A stretch of DNA of 62,615 nucleotides, counting the filler, from Globobulimina sp. (Eukaryota), in assembly GCA_003354225.1 (NCBI GenBank). It is 15 parts of 15 records of this genome, joined end to end, with 100 filler letters (N's around TTAATTAATTAA, not from the genome) between each part and the next. Parts side by side here need not be neighbours in the genome. Positions count along the whole stretch, not along the records: positions 58,539 to 62,615 come from PIVH01001646.1; 14 more parts are not named here. One strand, given 5' to 3'. Numbering within the stretch: position 1 is the stretch's first letter; every line of letters begins with the position of its first letter. The position numbers and the translations under genes were made by a program. A model generated the notes under the pieces. It had not been told where the DNA came from and searched no databases. It worked only from the letters and a program-made list of their open reading frames with translations. Positions 58,439 to 62,615 of the stretch are shown here, piece after piece.

Positions 58439-58798
58439 NNNNNNNNNNNNNNNNNNNNNNNNNNNNNNNNNNNNNNNNNNNNTTAATTAATTAANNNNNN
58501 NNNNNNNNNNNNNNNNNNNNNNNNNNNNNNNNNNNNNNTCACGTGAATAGAATTGTTATTTCTCATCTCTCAGAAAGTTATAATATACAAAATTAAAGTA
58601 TTTTTCACGATCTTTCCACTGGTATAATCCACAAGAATTTATTTAGAGTCTTTGTGACCCAAAAACTTACCTAAACATTTTTCACTGGATTTGAAATTAC
58701 TAATCAGAAATATTTCGGTCTAAGTTGAACAGGACTAATTAGCAAACAGTGATTTAGTAAACAGATTATTACAATTCGTACAAAATGTTGACTGTGAT

Positions 58799-61243
58799 AT
58801 GTCATTAAGAGCTCAAGCAGCCATTACATTGCTTAGTATTCACAAACTTTGTTTTATTCCAACGTTAGACGCTGCGTTGAATACTTTAATGCGTTTTTTG
58901 GTCAAATTACTCCCAAATAAATTATGTGCAATCAAAGTTGCGAAAAATACGGCAATCGAAGTTATATTTAACGGCGGCTATGTTGACACAATCGATATAA
59001 ATATCGTTGATTTAATTGCGTATTTTGGCAAATATTTTGAATGTTCAATGTCTTATCAAAGCTTAGATTTTATCCAATTTATGCAATGTATATCAAAGTT
59101 AGATATTTGGTGTGTACATTCCATTTGGCAGAGGTTCATTGATTCCAAATTTATCCCCAAATTAAGAAAATGCTATTTATCAAATAATATTAAGATGTCT
59201 GAGCTGGCAGCAATCACTTTTGTTAACTTTGTGAATCAGGTAAATGTGATGGGAGTAAGTGATTTATGTCCCATTGCAATTAAAGCTTGCATCGGTTTAT
59301 TAGCAAAAGCAAATACTTGCAATTATAATCAACGAATATTAATTGCATTAGAATCAATGTCAAAATTGGTGATTGGTCAACCTTTGCATGTGTATATGGC
59401 GTTGGATTACGAGATCTTACAATATTTAATACCAGTCATTGTGGAAAATATTAATAAAGACAATGCATTGATAAACCAGGCAATTAATGTCTTGTTCCAT
59501 TTATCAGAGCCAAATATCGACAGGAAACATTTAGGAGAGATTTTAGATGGATTAAGTATTGCAACTAACATAAATACATATGCTTCATTGGAAATGTTAT
59601 GCACAATATATTCAAATTTCACTCATCCAAATTATGGGAAAATTAATCGCGATGTAACACGTTATATTATTAACTCTGCAAAATATAGCAATACATATGA
59701 TATTTTATTAATAAATGGATATTTACGATCAATTACGCACATCGATGGTGATATTGATGTTGATGTCGCTGAATGTTGTTTGTTATTTGGTCGTTTGTAT
59801 GGGAATGTTTTACAGTTTTTAGTCAATTCATTGGATTCATATTATTCTGCGTCCACTGCAATTTGTAATGTGATGAAAGTTGCAAATGAATCAATAATTG
59901 AATCTATATTAGATCATAATGGTTGTTATAAATTAATTCAATTTATAGACAGTAAACCATTTGATAACTATGGATTGGATGGATTGGATAATGTAACATT
60001 CATATTATTGAAAATGACAGAATCCAGCACTTATTTACAGAGATTGGTCCCTCATATTATACCTTCATTGACTGGATTGATAATTGACTCCTCATCAAAG
60101 TCCATATTACAAAATGTTATGTGGATAATTGGCAATGTTGCAAATCATAGCAAACAATATCGAGATATTTTATTAGATAAGCTTTTATTAAATTATTTGC
60201 TGTCAAAAATGGATAAACCATGCATTTGTAAAGAAGAAAGAAAGAAAATATACAATTGTATGAACTGGATATTGACTAATATTTGTAATAAGGGCTTATT
60301 TAACGATAAATATTTGGCTCCGATATTAAAGTTATTAAGCATTTGTTTATCAAATGCAACGGATGCAAATATATTAGAAGATATTTGTTGGATTTGTTCA
60401 GATTTAACCGATAAATTTGATGTCAATAAGTTAATAAACGCTGAGCTATTAATTAAGAAATATAATGAGACCCAGAATGTGTTATTAATAACAGGTTATT
60501 TACGAGGTATTGATTGTGATTTGCATATTCTACCAAGTGATATTGTTACAGTAACCTTGCGATTTAATAAAATATTTGATGTGCAAATGGATAAACATCC
60601 ATTTGTATCAATGATAAAATTATTAAAATCATCACACGATGTTCGAAATGTAGCACTCAAAGTAATTGGTAACATTGTTGTGTCCGGTATGGAAGGAACA
60701 CAATATTTGATTGATAATCAGTTGTTGACACAATTGGTACATTTGACATATCTGCGGACGGAAATATATCAGTCATTATCAGTGCAGACGGAAATATATT
60801 GGATATTTAGCAATATTTGCGCTGGATCGAGTGTTCAAATTCAATTAGTAATCGATGCGAACATATTCGAATTATTTGTAAATATATTGGAAAAAAAATC
60901 TGTTAATTATAAAGTGGCAAAACATGCATTTTATGCAATATCAAATGCAATTCATAACGGGACACAAACACAAATTAAACAATTGATAAATAAAAATATA
61001 ACATTTTCAATTTTTCAATTTATGCAACAAAAAGACCAAAAGTGTACAAAATTTATGATTGAGGTATTGGAGACCATTGAAAAAATTCTGTTTTCTGTAT
61101 CAAAAGAGTTGGCAGCACAAATAATTGATAAATGTAATGGTGTGGCAGTATTGAGTGCGTTAACAGCAAACGGGAAATATAACAAATTCAATAAAATACA
61201 ACAAATAATAAATAAAATGTTACAGCTTGTGACATGTTTTTGA
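58799..61243 (+). CDS. Importin-alpha-like ARM-repeat protein lacking an IBB domain, with two inserted GYLR modules
   Basis: WIIGNVA, WILTNIC, WICSDLTD, ALKVIGNIV, WIFSNICAG..QIQ.VID and AISNA ARM motifs. Confidence 0.8.
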   Translation: MSLRAQAAITLLSIHKLCFIPTLDAALNTLMRFLVKLLPNKLCAIKVAKNTAIEVIFNGGYVDTIDINIVDLIAYFGKYFECSMSYQSLDFIQFMQCISKLDIWCVHSIWQRFIDSKFIPKLRKCYLSNNIKMSELAAITFVNFVNQVNVMGVSDLCPIAIKACIGLLAKANTCNYNQRILIALESMSKLVIGQPLHVYMALDYEILQYLIPVIVENINKDNALINQAINVLFHLSEPNIDRKHLGEILDGLSIATNINTYASLEMLCTIYSNFTHPNYGKINRDVTRYIINSAKYSNTYDILLINGYLRSITHIDGDIDVDVAECCLLFGRLYGNVLQFLVNSLDSYYSASTAICNVMKVANESIIESILDHNGCYKLIQFIDSKPFDNYGLDGLDNVTFILLKMTESSTYLQRLVPHIIPSLTGLIIDSSSKSILQNVMWIIGNVANHSKQYRDILLDKLLLNYLLSKMDKPCICKEERKKIYNCMNWILTNICNKGLFNDKYLAPILKLLSICLSNATDANILEDICWICSDLTDKFDVNKLINAELLIKKYNETQNVLLITGYLRGIDCDLHILPSDIVTVTLRFNKIFDVQMDKHPFVSMIKLLKSSHDVRNVALKVIGNIVVSGMEGTQYLIDNQLLTQLVHLTYLRTEIYQSLSVQTEIYWIFSNICAGSSVQIQLVIDANIFELFVNILEKKSVNYKVAKHAFYAISNAIHNGTQTQIKQLINKNITFSIFQFMQQKDQKCTKFMIEVLETIEKILFSVSKELAAQIIDKCNGVAVLSALTANGKYNKFNKIQQIINKMLQLVTCF

Positions 61244-61415
61244 GCTGATTTGGCATGATTTTAAATAGATTTAACTTGTTTTCAAAAACTTTATATTAAA
61301 TTTGGTACTAACTTTACAGGATGTTTACTCTGTTTCTGCGAAACGATGGCAACCCTTAAACCAATAATTTTTCACAGAATGCAATAGTGCTGATAGCGAT
61401 ACAACTTTTATTTGT

Positions 61416-62549
61416 TCAAAGTGTAGTTTTATGATACGTCCTTGCACTCCATGTCAATAAATTTTGTGCATTGATGCATTTACCTAACCATGTCTCGACA
61501 TATTGCTTTGCTCTCAATCTTTCACCAAACAAATACATTGTTATAAGATGTGCCATGTCTTTAGATAGTTTGGGAACACAATGTTGAATGGTTTCAATAT
61601 AATTATTTCTATGGAACATTATTTGATGAATTTCTTTAATGTTCGCCAACATAAAACCAACATCTTTGTATACTTCGCGATCACGTCCATCACTTCTCAC
61701 AATGCAATCAATCCAATAATACAGTTTTGTGTAACTCCAATAAACACTGAACCTAACAATACATTCACAGATTACAAACAGTAATGACATTGTATGGTCA
61801 CTATGCTTGCGATAATAATAAATAATAGCAATGGCATCAACAACTGACACAACACACATTACTCCGTTTACATACAACTGATACAAACACGGCGAATCAG
61901 CATACGGTGCACATAAACTAAGATCAATATTTTCCACATTCACACCTTGTTCGCTTGTATTATGTTGAATATTATTTAACAATGTTCTATGAGTTGGTAG
62001 CAAACGACAATAATAACATTGTTTTGCTAATAAAATATAATAATCCGCAGAGATGACAAGTTGTTTAATTTTGTTTGTGTTATTTATGCCAAATCTATAT
62101 ATTGCATCGTAAATTATTGATATTCGTTCTTCCGATTCATATTTGATTATTGTGCATAATAAAAATGTTTGTGGAAATAAAATATAATAAAATATATTCA
62201 ATCGATCTAACTCGATGTCAAAAATCATTCGTGATATGGATATGCTGCATAATGTTATGAATGAATGCATTATCAACCCAAAAAGACAATGTTTACCGAT
62301 ATTATCGACATTCTCATTATAATGGTTGTAATGTACAATATAATATAATGTATGTGTTGTAATAATTAATTTACAAATTTCAGCGACACGACATAAGCAT
62401 AGTACATAATAAATATGATTTAACAAAAACACTCGTTTATTTATTGACGGTTCGCATTTTAACGCAGACTCGACACTGCCAACGTGCCGGGTATGTTTAC
62501 TTCCCATGGAATGGATGAATGACTTAAGATCTTTTTGATGCAGATACAT
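61416..62549 (-). CDS. Multi-pass membrane protein of unknown function
   Basis: 377-aa ORF with about 5 hydrophobic segments. Confidence 0.6.
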   Translation of the reverse strand: MYLHQKDLKSFIHSMGSKHTRHVGSVESALKCEPSINKRVFLLNHIYYVLCLCRVAEICKLIITTHTLYYIVHYNHYNENVDNIGKHCLFGLIMHSFITLCSISISRMIFDIELDRLNIFYYILFPQTFLLCTIIKYESEERISIIYDAIYRFGINNTNKIKQLVISADYYILLAKQCYYCRLLPTHRTLLNNIQHNTSEQGVNVENIDLSLCAPYADSPCLYQLYVNGVMCVVSVVDAIAIIYYYRKHSDHTMSLLFVICECIVRFSVYWSYTKLYYWIDCIVRSDGRDREVYKDVGFMLANIKEIHQIMFHRNNYIETIQHCVPKLSKDMAHLITMYLFGERLRAKQYVETWLGKCINAQNLLTWSARTYHKTTL

Positions 62550-62615
62550 TTTAAGTTTTTTGTTAAAAATAACGGATTATCGGAGCTGTTGGAATTTTAA
62601 ACGGAAACAACAACA

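Overview
This window is not one locus. It is 15 size-sorted contigs of about 4.08 kb joined by artificial 100-nt N/TTAATTAATTAA linkers, so adjacency across a linker means nothing. The DNA is AT-rich, gene-dense and eukaryotic, with short GT-AG introns (54-168 nt), poly-Asn tracts and tightly packed divergent gene pairs. The gene style suggests a foraminiferan/Rhizarian protist (inference). Recognisable genes: two sulfotransferases, a GT34-like glycosyltransferase, an amino-acid transporter, a Patched/Dispatched protein, PME-1, a DHHC palmitoyltransferase, TPR-Kelch-MYND, RCC1, 7TM, U-box, C20orf27-like, ankyrin-CaaX, a TFIIIC-like protein, a two-pore channel, cytochrome b5 reductase, WWE-PARP and an importin-alpha-like ARM protein. 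There is also a Ty1/copia element, a retropepsin element and two pseudogenes. Highlights: (1) a 1.6-kb gene-carrying non-autonomous DNA transposon (29-bp TIRs, 8-bp TSD, Merlin-like ends) inserted immediately before the stop codon of a MATE-like gene; (2) a near-perfect histone H3 N-terminal tail fused to a large non-histone protein; (3) a contig that closes into a 3,968-bp circle or tandem unit carrying three glycan-modifying genes; (4) a two-pore channel with cNMP-binding-like and DEP-like extra domains; (5) a short GY(I/L)R...P..I module shuffled into unrelated proteins. All family calls are by motif recognition, without database searches.
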